64,000 bases of DNA, from NCBI RefSeq assembly GCF_018350175.1, contig NC_058368.1, positions 211,112,001-211,176,000 on the forward strand. Direction: 5' to 3'. Positions 62,307 to 64,000 of this stretch are shown one piece after another; positions within the stretch are counted from its first letter, which is position 1, and every line of letters starts with the position of its first letter. Under the pieces are notes generated by a model, which worked only from the letters and a program-made list of their open reading frames with translations, had not been told where the DNA came from and did no database searches. This stretch comes from Felis catus. Its lineage: Eukaryota. The translations under genes were made by a program, and so were the position numbers.

Positions 62307-63244
62307 CTACGTATGGAACTCACTTAGGGAGGCAAAGTTTGAACAGGTGGTGCAGAAGATTTGTAGTGCTATATAGTTTAACAAGTAAATATGGCATGGA
62401 AGAACTTGAGAGATTTGAAACAATAGGTCTCCTTTGAATCTAGAGAACACTTATCATTTCCAAAGTCTAGTCCAACGGGCTGTGACTCAAAACAAAAGCT
62501 TTAAAGGACCGTTTGCAGGAGAATAACATACTGTATTGATGTATCCAGGGACAGGACCCTCAGGCAGAATATTTCTCAGACTATTACATAGAACATGATA
62601 TTGGCTCTTAATTAGGAGCTAGATCAGAGATGTAATGAGACCTCCCAGGAGAAAGAGGATAATCACAAGACTTGAGGAAGCTATGGTGAAAATCAGTAAA
62701 TTAGTGCCATATAGGCATCTAATTCTTCCATATCTCATCCCACAGTCCACATGGCACTCCCAAGAATGAAGCATTAATAGCATTAACTCAATGAAGACAG
62801 TTATGAATAAACCAAAGATTGGGCAACAGCTGCAAAATCCTGGTTTTCACCCAAGTTTCTACTTCTGCTCCAAAGAGCAGGCTATTTTATGGACCAGTGA
62901 TAATTGCCCCACCTCTACCCTGAATCACTGTGGGTAAGTAACCCATCTTGGACACACCTGATTAGTAGAAAATATTTATTCTCCTTCCAAATATTTTCAG
63001 TCCAAGCACCATGTTTATATGAATTTCTCTAACTGGTCTACACCATCTTTACCTTTCCAAGCTAAATAAATTGAGTAAATAAATTCCAATTGCTAAAAGA
63101 GAAATTTTACCATACTCTAAGTTTTCTAGTCAACTCAGTGCTCTCTTGAGTTTAAAAAATCAGCCAACCAGGCAGATGCAATAGAAAGCCTTGCATCCTA
63201 AATCTTCTGGATCTAATGTTTGGAATTTGACTATCCAAAGACAT

Positions 63245-63460
63245 TATGGTAGAGATAACAAGAACTTTGAAGTTGGAGAGATCTGTGGGCACATTCTCTA
63301 TCTCCTACTTGGAAGTAGTGTGACCTCCATGAAGTTATTTCAACCCTCTGAGACTACACTGTAAAATGGAAAGAATAGTAGGATTTTTTTGTAGCAGGCC
63401 CATAGGGTTAGTTAGATTTAAATGGCATAACACATGTAAAATGGTAGGTGCTCATTAGAG
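63245..63460 (+). mobile_element. MIR
   Basis: agaactttgaagttggagagatctg, tgtgacctccatgaagttatttcaaccctctgag, ctgtaaaatgga. Confidence 0.75.
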
Positions 63461-63471
63461 GATAGCCATCC

Positions 63472-63760
63472 ACCACTCATCCATTCAACAAATGTTTATT
63501 GAGTATCTACCATGTGCTAAGGGCTGTTCTTAGTGCTAGGAAAATAGCAATGAACAACACTGTCAATAGAACTTACATTCTCTATGTAGGAGATAAACTA
63601 AACAAATATATGTCAGATGGTGATAAGTACTAGAAGATAAATAAAAAGAAAGGAGGGATATTATGGAATGTCCATGGGAAAAGAAGCAATTGCAAATAGA
63701 GCAGTCATGGAAGGGTAGGCACACCTTTAGTGTTTGCAGGGCTTGGGGGAAAAACACAGG
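63472..63760 (-). mobile_element. L2 3' end
   Basis: cactcatccattcaacaaatgtttattgagtatctaccatgtgc. Confidence 0.85.
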
Positions 63761-64000
63761 TGAAGGAACACATTATTTGATCAATAATGAAATCAATTAT
63801 AGATTGTCATTCCACCTTGACCACATACCTTCGTTGCATCTTGCTCAAGATCTTGGTCAAATTTGGAGTGTTAAAACCCTCAGAGCTCTGCACTAGAATC
63901 TGAAGTATCCTGCCTCTAGCCAGTGTCCCTCCCCACTCCCACCTGTTCTCTTCTCACCTCAGCAAGATCCTCTACCATGAGGGCTCTCAAAAACATGTGT

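Noticed and set aside
1..64000. A previously undescribed multi-gene biological system
   Set aside because: No host coding genes, operon-like structure or unexplained long ORFs were found; known mammalian repeats and ordinary unique DNA account for the window.

Overview
This is mammalian, carnivoran and most likely felid (cat-like) genomic DNA, not prokaryotic. The assignment rests on about 18 tRNA-derived Can-SINEs, several of them near-identical young SINEC_Fc-type copies with intact target-site duplications (TSDs), plus carnivore-type L1 ends. The window looks intronic or intergenic: I recognise no host protein-coding gene, rRNA, true tRNA or CRISPR array. Most ORFs in the track are artefacts of SINE, L1 or microsatellite sequence, or chance ORFs. 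The largest element is a TSD-flanked minus-strand L1 (31633-36331) that keeps its 5' UTR, ORF1, endonuclease region and 3' end but lacks about 2.1 kb of ORF2 (RT and C-terminal region), and hosts a nested SINE. Older repeats (L1M, L2, MIR, MER58, MER47/Tigger5-like, LTR33, MLT1) fill much of the rest. I found no support for a novel biological system. The most interesting signals are small-scale mutational scars: a double-snapback templated insertion, a 48-bp dispersed copy, a palindrome-containing compound microsatellite grown from an L1 tail, and nested retrotransposition. Repeat subfamily names come from memory of consensus sequences and need RepeatMasker/Dfam confirmation.
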